DNA of 64,000 nt from NCBI RefSeq assembly GCF_009914755.1, contig NC_060928.1, one strand, 5' to 3'. The DNA comes from the human T2T-CHM13v2.0 reference genome, Homo sapiens. Below, in pieces: positions 11,770 through 25,750 of this stretch. Below the pieces are notes generated by a model, which made no database searches, was not told where the DNA came from, and worked only from the letters and a program-made list of their open reading frames with translations. How positions within the stretch are numbered: position 1 is the stretch's first letter; each line of letters starts with the position of its first letter. A program made the translations under genes and the position numbers.

Positions 11770-14479
11770 AAGAGTTGTGATTTTTTTAAAGTATTCTTTT
11801 TGGGGGGTTCATGTCTCTTTGAAGAAGACATATGTGTTAGATTGAACTACATGAAATTATCCTGTGTAGGTTAAAAAAATCAAATATCAGCGATTTTGTA
11901 TGATTTGATTTAAAGAGAAGTCAATTTTTCGACTAGCTTCATTTCTTAGTCAAGTACTAAAACATAACTAAAATATTGACATTTTTCTTACAAGGTAAAA
12001 AATTATATCTTTGAGTGAATATCCCCTTATAATGTATACTTTAGAAATTAGAATAGAATGATTGTTATTGTTTTATCCTGTCAATTGCATTTCAAAGATA
12101 GTATATATTTTTTAATGTATTTTTTTCATACAAAATGCTGTCGGTTTAAAACACCCTGCATATATTTACATTCCAAATCAGTGTCACTTTCATCATGTGT
12201 TACCATAGAAGAATGTTTCTTCTGTAGTGAATTTTAAAAAAGAGCAAAAACAGGGTATTCTTAAGCAGGCAGACTTTGACAAGCTGCTCTGCAAAGCTTA
12301 AGCGCATGTTTTTGATTAATTCAGGTATCTATAATTATCTAAAAAGCAATCTAGAGAAAACCAATTTCAATCCAATTCAGGTCATTCCATGCTTCTAGTC
12401 TCAGGTTAAAATAGTGGTCTTGGTATGTTTGGAAACTGCTGTCTTAGGAGTGACATGGGGCAGTAGAGATAAGATGAGAACCTATTGTAATCATAAAATA
12501 AAAAGGTCAAGGCATATACCTGTGCTATCTACTTCTATTTGGTGGTAGCAGCCATAATTGACCTGGAGTGAGGAGAGTTCTGGGGGAAACCTGTAACACT
12601 TATGTCTCCTTTCTTGCTTTTCTTTCTATTGGATTAAAAATAGAGGAGATTAGACAAACTATTTTAGTCCTTTGGAAATATACCTACTGAAAGCATAGTT
12701 CTAGGAATCTTTTTTCTTTGACCAGAAGGTGCTTAAGTGAGTTTTGGATTCAGAAACAAAAAACAGAAGTTCTGTAAAAGAATAATACAAAGTAATTTAT
12801 CTTATTAAGATAGGAGATTTGGGTCCTGGGAGAAGTGTCTAATAAATTCCACTTTTCATTATAGAATACTACCCGAACTGCTGAAAATAAAGCAAAGAGA
12901 GGTGGTACCACCACCAGAATATATATTTTTCCCCTAGATAATTAGGAAGTATCCAAAACACATTACCTTCCATTCTTAAACTTAGAAAATAATATATATG
13001 ATATTAATATTCTGCTTTTAATTTTTTTCTGAAAAGTCCTCCCTTTGGATGCTGTAGAAGGTGTTTCATAAAATTTTTAGTGTTTCCCTCCAGAGCAATC
13101 AATTCCTTTCTCTTGTCAAACCACTCCTGATCTACTTTTTCCCAAGATCTAATTGTCCTTCCTTTCTCAGTAAGTCCAAACTTCCATATCCACTAAAATT
13201 GCAAATTAACAAAGGATATAATTCTTAAGTGTGTTTTTATATTTTTGCTGGTATAGCCAAGTCCACATATAATTCAGTGACTGAAAATAACTATGTTTGG
13301 GGGTAAGGAGACATATTTTAAATACCTCCTTTTGAGATGAAAATAAAACCCTCTTGTTTGTTTCTCCTTGAGCAATCATACTTTTAACCTTCTGTTTGTC
13401 AGATGGTGAAACTGAATATCCACTTAAAATGAGCGTGATACCTAGGTAGGATAGCATGAGTCACAACAGGAAGAAAAATAGGAATGTTTATTTCTTTATG
13501 ATCTTTTAAAGTATGCTTTTTATTTTCTCCTCATTTGCCTGACTCTGAGGCACTGAATACTGATTATAAAAGACACATTGGTGCACCCAACTTCAGTCCG
13601 TTTTATCCATCTGGGTAGAGAAAGTTTGACAGGCGTGCGTGGGAGTGGATGTGTGTTGTGAGAATGTATAAGCAGGAATACAGGCTTGAGAGAGCGAGAA
13701 ACTGAGAGTGAGAAAATGGACTGTGAAAATTTAAGTCTACCCCAAATCCTGATTAACAAGTCTGTTATTTAATCTTCATTTATCTTTACTCATTTTGTAG
13801 TCAGGGCACACGGTCATGATTTTTGTCAAGGAAGTGTTCTCTGATTAGAAATGCAGAGCCAATAGACCCGAGGGCTCTTATTTGAAATGCTTCCCTGGAC
13901 CTTATCTTTGGATATCTGTCAGTAAATACAGAGACACATGGGAAGGTCTCAAGTGTAACAACTAAAGAAAACGTAGGAGATAAGATGGTCACCCTGGTAA
14001 TGGGAACAGAAACATTCAGGCCTGCAAGCTTCCTATTCAGTGCATTGCCTGTAGGCTCTGATACCTACCTTCAACTAGACCTACTTTCATCAACTGTGCC
14101 TTATTATTTTTCTCCTATACTCCCATTATTGGCTCTATTTTGGTTTTCCCTCTTATCTTTCATCTTCCACTTCTTTCATTTTCTCTAATTTCTCATCCTT
14201 TTCCTCTTAAATTCCTATTATCCTTTATGTCAGCTACTACAACTCCTATTTTCTCTTTTTACATATTTTAGGATTTTTTTCCTCTATAAACATGCATTTC
14301 ATAAAATCTTAAAATTATCAGATAATTTAATTTTTTTTTAGTGAAGTGGATTATATCAGATCCTCCTTGGACTTACTTCTCACTTAGGGGAAGTACACGG
14401 AGTTAATAAGCCTACAGGGTTGTTCACAAAGGGGAAAATGGCACATGTTAACCAGTGACCCAGAGTAGCGATAGCAGTG

Positions 14480-14645
14480 ACTAGTATTTGTAGAATATTT
14501 CTACAAATTCCTTCTCCTTAAAATTATTTAATTCTCACAATTAATCATGTTAGAATGAAAGAATCAAGACTTAGAAGTTAAACCTCTTCCTCAAAGTCAT
14601 ACAGTTAGCAAATAGAAGTCATGAGCCCAGGCCCTCTGACTGTAA
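14480..14645 (-). mobile_element. MIR fragment
   Basis: caaagtcatacagttagcaaatag..gagcccaggccctctgact. Confidence 0.55.
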
Positions 14646-14716
14646 ATATTATTATTTTTTAAACATGTAATCTTCAGCAGAGAACCGGTCTTAAAAGCAA
14701 AAGTTTACTGTATACA

Positions 14717-14969
14717 CAGGTTGAGCCAAAGGTGTTTCCTGTGAAATATAAGCTTTAATTTAATGTATTTACTATTGGTTGGCCTGTGCCTGCTTTTGTA
14801 AATAAAGTTCTACTGGAAGAAACAGCCACACCTAATTGTTAATGTATTGCCTCTGGCTGCTTCCACATTATAATGGCATAATTGAAGAGTTGCAACAGAG
14901 ACCATATGGTACAAAAAGCCTAAAGTTTTTATTGTTTGGACCTTTTCAAAAGTATTTGTTGACTCCCCA
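14717..14969 (+). mobile_element. MER58-like hAT-Charlie MITE
   Basis: cctgcttttgtaaataaagtt..acagccacac..gagttgcaacagagaccatatgg..aagcctaaa..tttgttgactccc. Confidence 0.8.
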
Positions 14970-15959
14970 CATTAGATAAATTTTTACTATGGTTCATTCA
15001 TAAAAATCAGGTAAAGGAGTAAGAATAGATTGTAACCAGCAAAGTATTATTTCCTTAGAAGTGGACTGTGTCTATACATAGCTGCCAAGTTAACTATTTT
15101 AAGATTGTTTTTGAATAACATCAAGTGCCAGTCACACTGTAGTTGACTAATTCTATCCTGAGGTTCTATTAATAAGTATTGAAAATCAATAGTACTGAAA
15201 CAATTAGGTAGTAGTCCAGTTATTTTAAACACATGAACTCAAATCGTAGAGAAATTCCTGAGTTTCCAAGTGGTTTTAAGCAGAGATTTTTCTGATATTA
15301 GCTAATATCCCCTAGATGAGAATTAATTGATTTGCTTAAGAGAGAAAAATATTGAGAAATATTTCTGTGTTTTGCGGAGATAAATCTGTTGGATGTTCAC
15401 TGCCTTGTCTCAATAATAACTAAACAATATGATGTGACAGATGTTTCAGAAACTCATGTAATAATTATACATCTCCATTTTTAACTTCTCAATTCATGAA
15501 GCTATTGGCCCTGAGGAGATGCTTTTTACCTCTGTTTCTGGTGAACACCAAAGGATAGTAAATGAGAATTTATTAATATCCAGCTTAAACAGCTAGAGAT
15601 AAATCCAATAAACATTATTTTTTCTTGAGTAACAACTTAAATGCGTACTATAAGAGTTTATTAAGTTCTTTTTGGAAATTCTACTTTTATCAGGTACTAT
15701 CTCTCTAAGAAATTAGTTTCATACATCTACTCTATGCTGAATCTTTCAAATAAAAATTCTTTTGATTTATTCTTTCTTTTACCTCTTTTACAATAATTAC
15801 CTGGTTTTTACATACAAAACAAAATTTTTAACAATTTTGAAGATTTTGGCTTTATTTTCTCTCAAACTTCGCCATTCCATTTTGGAGTTTAAATCTTTTT
15901 AGTTTACACTTAATGTGGCAGCATGGCCCTTCTTCCTGGTTGTTTCAGATGTCTTACCC

Positions 15960-16451
15960 CTTTTGCTTTCCTTTTCATCGTATTCTTGAATATAGGGATC
16001 AGAACTGTGAATAACAGACACATCTGCACTTTGATTTTCTGTAAGAGGACATTGTGTTCTATTTTGTTTCCTTTCCCTTTCTTGTGATTGTCAGAATTCC
16101 ATCAGCCTTTAATGAACTCCTCCCTGTCCTCATAGAAGAGTTCACAATGATCCCTGTGCTGTAATAGATAACTCCAAGACCATTACTCTGCCGGTATAGT
16201 TTGGATTATTTTTTTTCTAAGTGCATTGGCTCATTATTTTATCTTTGTCCCTTTTGTGACTCATATATCAATTTTCCGTCCATGAACGTAGCTTCGTGAA
16301 GTCTTTCTGCAGTTTATTTCCATCAGCTTGGCATTTTCATTAACCAGAAGAGCTTAAGGTCACTGGCAAACTTGGGAACTTCAATGTGAACATTTTCTTT
16401 TCCACAGTTTATGAAAATGTTAATAAAAGCAGCTTCTGAACCCATCCCTGA
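15960..16451 (-). mobile_element. Ancient CR1/L3-class LINE RT fragment
   Basis: Minus-strand pieces read QG.V..; NIFIN; EVPKFASDLKLF; LQKDFTKLRSW; GIIVNSSM; KADGILTITRKG.GNK, in the order of the CR1 RT/C-terminal motifs. Confidence 0.75.
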
Positions 16452-17399
16452 TACTAAATTATTCAATAGATCACTAAAATAAAACAATTTATGGGGAAGA
16501 ATTAAACCTTACATGTATTATTTCAGTGTATAACACAGTTTTGAATTAATGTGATTTAGAAAATGGATGAACTAAATCAACTGTTGTAGAAGGTGAAACA
16601 ATATTTAAAGAGACCTTTAACTTTCCACATTGAGACCCTGTAGAAAATTGCTACCTTTCTCAACAAAAGACAAAAAAGGGACAATCTCCACAGTAGTGAA
16701 TTTGAGATTCCTCTTGTAGATTCCTTTACTCTTAAACTACTACCACAACAGATCATGTAAGTGCTATGGTCTCTTAAAATTAAGAACCAGTTGTGAATAT
16801 CAAATCTTTTACTTAATATCCATGAGCACAATAGAGAACAAACTAGAACATTTCAACAAGATTTTATTTAATGCCAGAGGATAACAAAACAAAAATATGC
16901 ACAGAAAAACCTGGACTTAGAGAATCTGGCCTACAAATTACAACTTTTTTTTCTAGAGCTTAAGTTCCTCATCCCATCCAAATTCTGACTGGCCTCCAAG
17001 AAAGAGGTTCTTGTTAATATCCACCCCTAAATAACTTAAGTTTTCACATTCAGTTTCCTCCCTGGGGACTGCCCTCAAAGTCAGTGCAATATAAAGAAAA
17101 TTTTGACCGGATCGGTGGAGAGATGGATAGGTAGTAGACACATACATACATATATAGATACATAGATAAATAGATTAAAATAAATTAGATATCTAAAAAT
17201 AGATATAGATTAAAACAAAAATACAGACATACAGATATATCTGACAGTTCTGGAATTTGAAAGCATTGCAAATGATTGTTTAGTTATACCAAGCCAACAG
17301 TTAAGCCACATATTGATGGGATGAATGTGGCAAATGTTTTTCTTCTTTTTAATATTTTCTGAATCATACTTGGAGCAGATGCTTTGTAAGCCTTGTACC

Positions 17400-17861
17400 A
17401 CATCCTGTCAGTTCACATGAGGGTTTCAGCTGCAGCTGTGGTGGAAAGACAGATCTTGTGCAAGCTGCAGGCATCTTTACCTGTCTCAAACTTCTGCTCT
17501 TGCCACCCCACCTTTCTTCATTATGCTGCCACAGGAGGCAGCCCAGAAGTTGGGGGAAGTTAACCCTCCACCAATTGAGGAGAGTCAATAGAAAAAGGAC
17601 CCTGTCCCCTGTCCTCCCAGTCTCCTGGTCCTTTGGAGTGATAATTGTGAGTGCATTTTACATGGCTCCTGAGAGGATCCCCAGTAGGATCAAGCTCCAG
17701 TTGTACATACCAACACAATAATACATCACTTACCAACTTTCCATCATTTCTTGCCTCATTCTCCTCATTTTAAGCCATGATTCCTCCCCACCACTACCAA
17801 ATAAACTGACATAATTCAAAGTTATGTCTCAGATTCTGCCTAAGGAAACCCAAATTAATAC
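17400..17861 (+). mobile_element. LTR16-family (ERVL) solo LTR
   Basis: gataattgtgagtgcattttacatggctcc..ccccagtaggatcaagctccagttg..aaataaact..ggaaacccaaattaataca. Confidence 0.7.
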
Positions 17862-18873
17862 AGTATCTGTATATCAGATTGAACAACACACTTCTCATTA
17901 AACAGTACATTTTACCACCTGAAAAAAATGACAAATTATCATAATAGCATTTAGCAATGATAACCATGGGTATCATGAACGCCGTTAACAAATAAAAGAA
18001 AAACAGTGTTCACCCATTAAGAATGATATTGTAAGGAGCTGAAATCATAGAATGATGGAAAGTATAACACAGTTCTGCCAAAGTTGTGAAAATATGTGCT
18101 TGTTGTGGTAAAAAAAAAAAAATGCAAATCTAACTCTAGATATAAAATTGTGGAAGGGGAACTATATTCATGACGAGAAGTTACATAACATCACAATAGT
18201 CGTCATTTGTGAGTAACTACATTCAAATCAGAAAAGCCTTGTAAATTTTAAGCTATGTTCTTATGGTTTAAAGGTACAACAATGTTGGGATGGGAGTAAT
18301 AAACAGCACCCTCTTTCATAGCCTCATTTTGGACTAATTAAGAAGAATCAAGCAGACAGAAATTTAAATATCCCTTTTATTGCTTTGAATGCCCCACAGG
18401 TTAGGGCCTTTTCTCATATTTACTCATTCAGTCACAGAAAAACTGGCTACCGTAAGCATCCCGAAGTGGAAGGTTTGCCCTGTAAAACTTATGCCAGGAG
18501 GAACCAAACTTCTCTGTGCAGCTAGATCGCAAAAGAAATAAGAGATGTGAGGACTAAAATACACCTTCCTGGTTCCTCCTTCCAAACTCAGCTTTTAAAG
18601 AAGTCACTCTTTCTTCTGTAATGAGGAGTAAGGAAGAGGATCATGAATGTCACCATGGGAAGAGGCCATGAATGTCATACTAGTTAGTACTCTCCATGTA
18701 GAATGAGACTCAGGCCTGGGGAAAGAGCAAGCTGTCAGCCCCCAGCAGACTGGACAGTGGTTGCTATGGATCTGTCACCAGATGAATTATCCCACAATCT
18801 CCTACAACTCTCAGCATTTTCTACTTCTAGTTTCTCTACAGAAAAGAAAGTATTTGTTTCTTAAAGTGGGTTT

Positions 18874-19063
18874 GGTCGGGCACAGTGGCATTCACCTATG
18901 GCCCCAGCTACTCTGAAGGCTAAGGCTGAAGGATTATTTGAGCCCAGGAGTTAGAGGTTATGTTACACTATGATTGTGCCTGTCAATAGCTACTGAACTC
19001 CAGCCTGGGCAACATAGCGAGATCTTGTCTTTAAAAGTAAACAAACAAATAAATAAATAAAAT
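18874..19063 (+). mobile_element. FAM (fossil Alu monomer)
   Basis: Monomer carrying the 7SL-derived ctatgattgtgcctgtcaatagctactg segment that dimeric Alus lack; A-rich tail. Confidence 0.85.
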
Positions 19064-19717
19064 CTACATTTTAAAAGTGGATTGAGTCTTTACAACATAG
19101 GGATGTCCAGGGAGCTTTAATGTATCAATAAGAGTATCCTTAATGTCCAATTTACTTATCTAATTAAAACATTGAACATGTAATAGTCTTTCAAGCATTA
19201 AAAATTATCATTCCTGTAAATATCTACACTGTATTTACATAATTAATAAATCAACATTTATCCAAATATTTGAACATTGACTACAAACTTATTTACTTGT
19301 ATTACTGTAAAATTCAATTTAAAACAAATCTACTATATTATAATCTCCTGATAATGCTTTAAACTCCTTAATAGACAAAGCACATGCTCAAAATAACAAT
19401 AATTTGAATTTATTATTGCATTTATACAAAAACCAAAAAATTTAAAGCATTTCAAATTTTTTCTGGAATTTAAAATCCACATTTTATTTCTTTATTAGCT
19501 CTCTTCTTATTCTATTGCTTGTGCTTATTCTTATCTATGGGTTAGAGTGAGGTTAGCAGACAAAACTTCCTAGCACAAATCTTAACAGACACAAACGAAA
19601 AAGAGTTCTATTTCTAGCCTAAGCAGCTAATTCTGCACTATCTGTCAATAGATTCCTGATTGGGATATGGGCCAAATATACACCTAAACTTCATTTCCCT
19701 AACATTATCATTCTTGG

Positions 19718-19833
19718 TGTACTAATTACTATTGCTGCATAACAAATTATTCTTGAAACTTAATGGCTTAAAACAAAACTATTATCTCACAGTTTCTGTG
19801 GGTCAGAAATCTGGGGACAGCTAAGCTGGGTCC
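19718..19833 (-). mobile_element. MLT1 LTR 3' fragment
   Basis: tgtactaattactattgctgcataacaaatta..ttaatggcttaaaacaa..tctcacagtttctgtgggtcagaaatctggg. Confidence 0.7.
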
Positions 19834-22210
19834 AAGATAAATTTCCAATTATATCTCATTATAATTAGTAGAGTCATCAAGAAGTCTCATGTCCTAGGAG
19901 ATAAAGGGTAAATCATGTGAAGATGAAGTTCCTCTGTAAGACACTTACCTCAGTATATACACTTAAACTCTCTTTCTATGTGGTTATTGAGAATTTGACT
20001 AGTGGTGTTGATTATGGGTAGCCACCAGTACTGATCAGTACTTTTTGTTTATTCCTATTTTTCCAGGAACCATTTGTTTCACACATTGTTCTCTGTATTA
20101 CTCATATTTACCCAGAGAGAAAAATACGTCACCATAATTTGTAAAATTCATACGTTTAATGGAAGGAGAAAACTGTTCTCTACTTATTAAAATTATTTTT
20201 GAAACATAATCCTATTCTGCTATATTCTCTTGCTTTTTTGTTTTCAAATTTTCACACAACTTTTTCTTTTTGATATGTTATTGTGAATTCATAGGCTTTC
20301 ATACAATGTATGTCAATTAATAATTATTATTGTGATTTGATGCTCAATTTTTAATAAACAGTAGATTTTTCATTAAATAGCTCCTTTATCCTTTCAGGCT
20401 TTACCCCCTGACATTTGTAAAAACATCTTTTCTCTCTGGCAAAAACTGTATGTTTCAGACATATTGCTTCAAATCCTAACTTCTTCCTGCTTCAAGTCAT
20501 TGAAACAGCTACCCTCTAAGGAGTCATGATTCCCTTCAATGAAAAACAGCTCAAAAAAAAAAAAATTCTGGGCATTAGTGGTACACACATTTGTGCTGTT
20601 GTAAGAGAGAAGGCTAATAATTGTTAGATTTTAGAAAAAGATACAGAAAGAGTTTACCTTTTTAAGGCCAAGTTTCAAGGTGATTTTCCTAATCTAATAT
20701 GTTTAATATTACGTTGTTTTATTTTACTTTTTAAAAATGAGTTTTTGCAGACTACTAACAATTTCTAGGACATGAAAGGCAATCAGGTGAGTAAAGCTCA
20801 CCATTCATAGTTTCCTAATGAGGAAATGAAGAACTTCCTGATTTAGTCCAAGCAACTCACGTCAACAGAATTGTAAAACTCATTTCAGTTCAGTAAACAT
20901 TATTGAGCAATCTTTGTGTGCACCCTCACCATTTCTCAAAATGTGCATTCCTGTGATTTTTTTTCTCTATGATTTAGCAGCTTCTCAGTGATAAAGTGCA
21001 AAGGCTTTTCACTCATGCCTGTTTAAAACTGCTTTTAGGTAAAGAAAGAAAAATCTGTATGGAATGTCTCCAAACTCATCAACCATTGTTAGTATTTGGG
21101 AAGCACATCCACCATCTCTAACACTTCTCCTAAATACAGACAAATATCTTTACTTTTATAATTTCTACCATTTCCTCTACCAACCACTATCCCCCTACTC
21201 TTTCTACATTTTAAGGGGTAAACATTGTTATATACACAGAAGATAGAATAAACCACATATGCAGTGACATGCATGTGTGAGTGTGTGTGTTTATATGTAT
21301 AGTTGGGTAATGTTTTTTGCATACCTTCTGTGGCAAACATTGTTATTTGGCTGAGCCAATATTCACTCCTATCCTCATTTGCTCTTGCTGCTTCACGTGG
21401 TAGCAGGTAGGAAAACTAAATTCTCACTTGAATGATCACCAGCACAATTAGGCCATGTGACATCATCTGGAAAATGAGATAAGAGTTGCTAAATCTACTT
21501 GCAATTGAATCTTTATTTTAGAATATTTTTTCTGGAGGAAACCAAAGTAAGGCAACAACGGAAAGGTGATAGCTTTTGTAGTACCCTAGCAACACAAAAA
21601 GCCTTACTTATGGTGAATTGGGATGAACTACAGGTGAAAGAGGATATGTGGTATGTGCAACATCTCAAGGGTTTGAGAGTAAAGGAAAAAATAAGATCTG
21701 TGGAGGTGTTTGTGTGTTCTTGTGCCATAAAAGTGGCAAAGGAAGATAAGAGTAAATCACAAAGTCAGATCACTCAACTATCAACTCAGAACACAGTGTG
21801 GAAACCACTGGTCTGGTGTGACAGTACTTAAAGAGACCCTTATCTCCAGCAGCCAGAGGACAGACTCTGCTAAAATTAGGCTATGGATTTTACTGGGAAA
21901 GTAAAAGTTACAAATAAGGCTAACTGTACAATCCATTAGCGATTCCCTATGTTACAGTCCTGGCCCTGATAAGAAAAATAGAAAACTAAAATTTAAAATA
22001 AGAATATCTGAGTATATACACATGAATATATTACACCACTAAATCTCCCAACACTTTTTAGTTAGCAGAAGCAACTTTTGGCTCTTGGGCAGAGAACAGC
22101 CTTTCCTTACCTGGAGACCATGAAAAGGCCCCATCTGAGGCAGGTGCCCCACAAGATGATATCTGACCTTCTGAAGATCTGCTCCCATTTCTGCTCATGG
22201 CTTCTAGATA

Positions 22211-22392
22211 AGTGTTTCTCAAACTATAACATGGATCTGTATCGCCTGGAGGGCTAGTTAAATCATGGGTTACTGAGTCCTCATCCCTAGATTTTCTGAT
22301 TCAGTAGGCTTGGGATAGGACTTGGAATTTGCATTTCTAACAAATTCCCAGGCAGTACTCCTGGTCCAGAGACTGTGCTTTGAGAACCACTG
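22211..22392 (+). mobile_element. MER5A hAT MITE
   Basis: Terminal inverted repeats agtgtttctcaaa..tttgagaaccactg; ttctgattcagtagg..atttgcatttctaaca. Confidence 0.88.
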
Positions 22393-22495
22393 CCTTAGAT
22401 CAACAATCAGAAATAACTTTCAACCTAACCCTGACTAGGGAAGTACTATATCTGGTATAAAAGAAAAAGATTACCCCCAAAACCATGGAAGCTGA

Positions 22496-22791
22496 GGCCG
22501 GGTGTGGTGGCTCACGCCTGTAATCCCAGCACTTTGGGAGGTTGAGGTGGGTGGATCACGAGGTCAGGAGTTCAAGTCTAGTCTGGCCAACATGGTGAAA
22601 CCCCGTCTCTACTAAAAATACAAAAAATTAGCTGGGTGTGGTGGTGTGCACCTCTAATCCCAGCTACTCAGGAGGCTGAGGCAGGAGAATTGCATGAACT
22701 CAGAAGGAGAAGGTTGCAGTGAGCCAAGATTGTGCCATTGCACTCCAGCCCAGGCGACGGTGTGAGACTCCGTCTCAAAAAAAAAAAAAAA
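22496..22791 (+). mobile_element. AluSg-like SINE
   Basis: ggatcacgaggtcaggagttc; 17-bp TSD aaaaccat(g/a)gaagctga at 22479-22495 and 22792-22808. Confidence 0.95.
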
Positions 22792-23154
22792 AAAACCATA
22801 GAAGCTGACAAACTTGTATTCAGATCATGACCAAAATGAATCTGTGGGCATAGAGTAGCAAGGGGCAGATATAAAGCTGTTTAAGAGAGTGTGTTGATCT
22901 ATAGACACTCTTCCATGATCAGGACCCTGGGAGCAAAGATGCTTTGAGCCAATCTTATCTTGCTGCTGGGATAGTCCTTGAAGCATGAAGATGATAATGG
23001 CCTACAATAAATGAGGTAGAATTGCTAGAATTGCCTTGGTAGAGTATTGATGATGGGGCCAAAATCTCATATTATTACATATGACAAGAGAACCCACCAG
23101 TCATATTCCACAGGAGGGCTAAGAGGATACTTCCTTTATTAAAGCACATCATAA

Positions 23155-23302
23155 TTTATTTAGTAATGCACTCATTGTTGGCTTTCTTTCCTTCCTCATC
23201 TCACTTCCCCACTCCCTTACCAGTGTTTCCACAGATTATCTCCCAGATAAGCTACTTGCACTCAAATGTTTGTTTCAAGGGAGGAATACATATTAAGATA
23301 TA
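23155..23302 (+). mobile_element. LTR16-family 3' LTR fragment
   Basis: tcacttccccactcccttaccagtgtttcc..ctcccagataagctacttgcactcaaat. Confidence 0.7.
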
Positions 23303-24944
23303 CAAGTAAGCAGAGAGGAAAATAAAAAGTTTATTTCCTTTCTCATTTAGGATTCTGGCATGATCATCACCTACATTGCCTGTCATTAACAAAGGATGTC
23401 CAGGAGATTAGAATCTGTCATGTGCCCATTAGGCACAAAGAAAAGACCAGGAATAGCACCTGCTGAGTCTTTCTCTTGTGAGGTTTGTAAGAGATTTAGA
23501 AATTCTCATGTGAAGTAAATGAGTTAAGAGCCAGATGGCCAGCTAAGGGGGATGAGAAATGTGGTGGCATCATTGTTGAAACTGCTGAGGATTGGTAATG
23601 CTGCCAAGACTTAAGGGGGAGGCAGTTCTGTAAGTGGAGGATCCCTGTTCACTGGCCATGCCAAGAGGCCCCACCACAAGTTTCATCAGATGCAGACTTT
23701 AGCAGGTGATTCCAGAAGGGTGCCTAGTTGACTATGAGGGACAAAGAACATTTCCCAGAAGCCAGGGAGAACCTAAAGCCCATTTGAGATCAAGCCTACT
23801 CCTCCTATGACCGAGAAGACCTATATGCCCTCTTGAATTCAGATGTTATCTTTCAAGCAGAATAGAAGAAGGAATTCTCAAAGAAAGCTGTACTTTGAGA
23901 TGTCTGAGTAGTTATATTTGATAGGACTGTTTTAAGCCAGAAAAGACTGAGATAATTTTAACTGGAAGTTTAAATTCTGCCACTGCACAATCCATACCAT
24001 CCAGCACAGGGGGCTCCAGAGGAAGTTTTTACATGAATATCACCTCCACTATATACAGATTTAATGTGTTCAAAGAAATAAGTGTATCCATGCTTTTCTT
24101 CACTTGTTATGGGAAAAATGCTTTTGATAAGTAATTTATTTTAAAATGTAGCCCTTGAATATTCCAAGAAGTGCATGTGTACACAGAGACTTTCCAGAGA
24201 TGTAGAGAAAGAAAAAGGCAAGGGCATCAGCACAGCAGGCTGCATAGACAAAAAAGTCCTTGGGATGCAGCCAGCTGCACTGACCTGAGACCAGGAAAGA
24301 AGTGGGGCCATGAGCTAGAGAATTCCAAACCCCAGGAAACCTGAAAGCAGGCCAAAAATGGATAACAACCTTCTCTGTCCCTTTTCCTCTCTCTGGAAAC
24401 TCTTGTCCTCCCACTCACTTCTCGTGTATCTATCCTATGCCTTCTCTTACCAATTCAGCCACTCTGAACCAAAATATTATTAAGAAAGATAATCCCACAT
24501 AAAAGGGAACTCTAGATACTTTAGGCCTAAAGAAATTTGTTTAAGAGAAAAAAGTAATGTATATTGAAATCATTAAAATATATTGAATTAAATATTACAA
24601 AATGGGTCCTGATACAGCAACCAGAAAAAGCAATGTGAGGATCTCAGAAGTTAACTTGCTCACACAACTGTGAGACTGAGCTTCAAATCCATGTCAGTGT
24701 TACAACGCCTTGAATCACAACTCTATAGAGGACTTTACAAAGCGTATATAAAAAATGGTATTGTTATCAGAAATCTAAAACAGAAAAGACAATACCATAC
24801 ATAAAATTTCCTTTACAGGTGGAATCTGATAATTAGTATGGGGAAAGGAAGAATGAGGATTAGGCCATCCATATGGCTGTGAAGTAGAGGAAATGTTGGT
24901 AATGAGGGAATCAAGGGGTATCACTAAACCCTCTGTCAAGGAAA

Positions 24945-25140
24945 GTAGCAAAGTAAAGTAATTAAAGCCCGACTTTGATATCAGATAGGTTGGATTTTAA
25001 TCTTTGCTCTGTCATCTGCTACCTGTGCAATCTTGAGCAATTTATTTAACCTTTATGAGAATGAATTGAATGTTGTACAGATTAGCTGAGATCATATAAA
25101 GTTTCAGGAACATCATAGATACCCAATAATTACTAATTTT
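24945..25140 (+). mobile_element. MIR SINE
   Basis: gactttgatatcagatag..tttgctctgtcatctgctacctgtgcaatcttgagcaatttatttaacct. Confidence 0.6.
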
Positions 25141-25395
25141 TTCACTCCATTCAAACCAGTCCCCTCATCTAAGAGAAGGAGAAGTGGAACATAAGGTAAA
25201 TTAGACTAAATATACAGGGGAAAAGCTAGAAATCTAGCGAAAAGCACAAAAAGAAGATAGAAAGTCAAAACACTTTGCAGAAGGTGCCTTGATTTTCTAT
25301 CACATACATTCTGATAAATCAGAATATTTTTATATTTGTATATTTTTATTTCTAATCTAAGATTCCAGGTATTTACATCATTATGACACCTATCA

Positions 25396-25750
<355 letters not shown>

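Larger units (their letters stand above)
21590..23150 (+). mobile_element. Degenerate ERVL-class internal (gag-region) sequence, HERV16/ERVL-E-like
   Basis: Decayed similarity to ERVL gag (gtcctggccctgataagaaaa..; gaattgccttggtagagt..); followed by an LTR16-type end. Confidence 0.55.

Noticed and set aside
23400-24550. Possible ancient Gypsy-like or other LTR remnants
   Set aside because: Resemblance is too weak to call by eye; needs a Dfam search.
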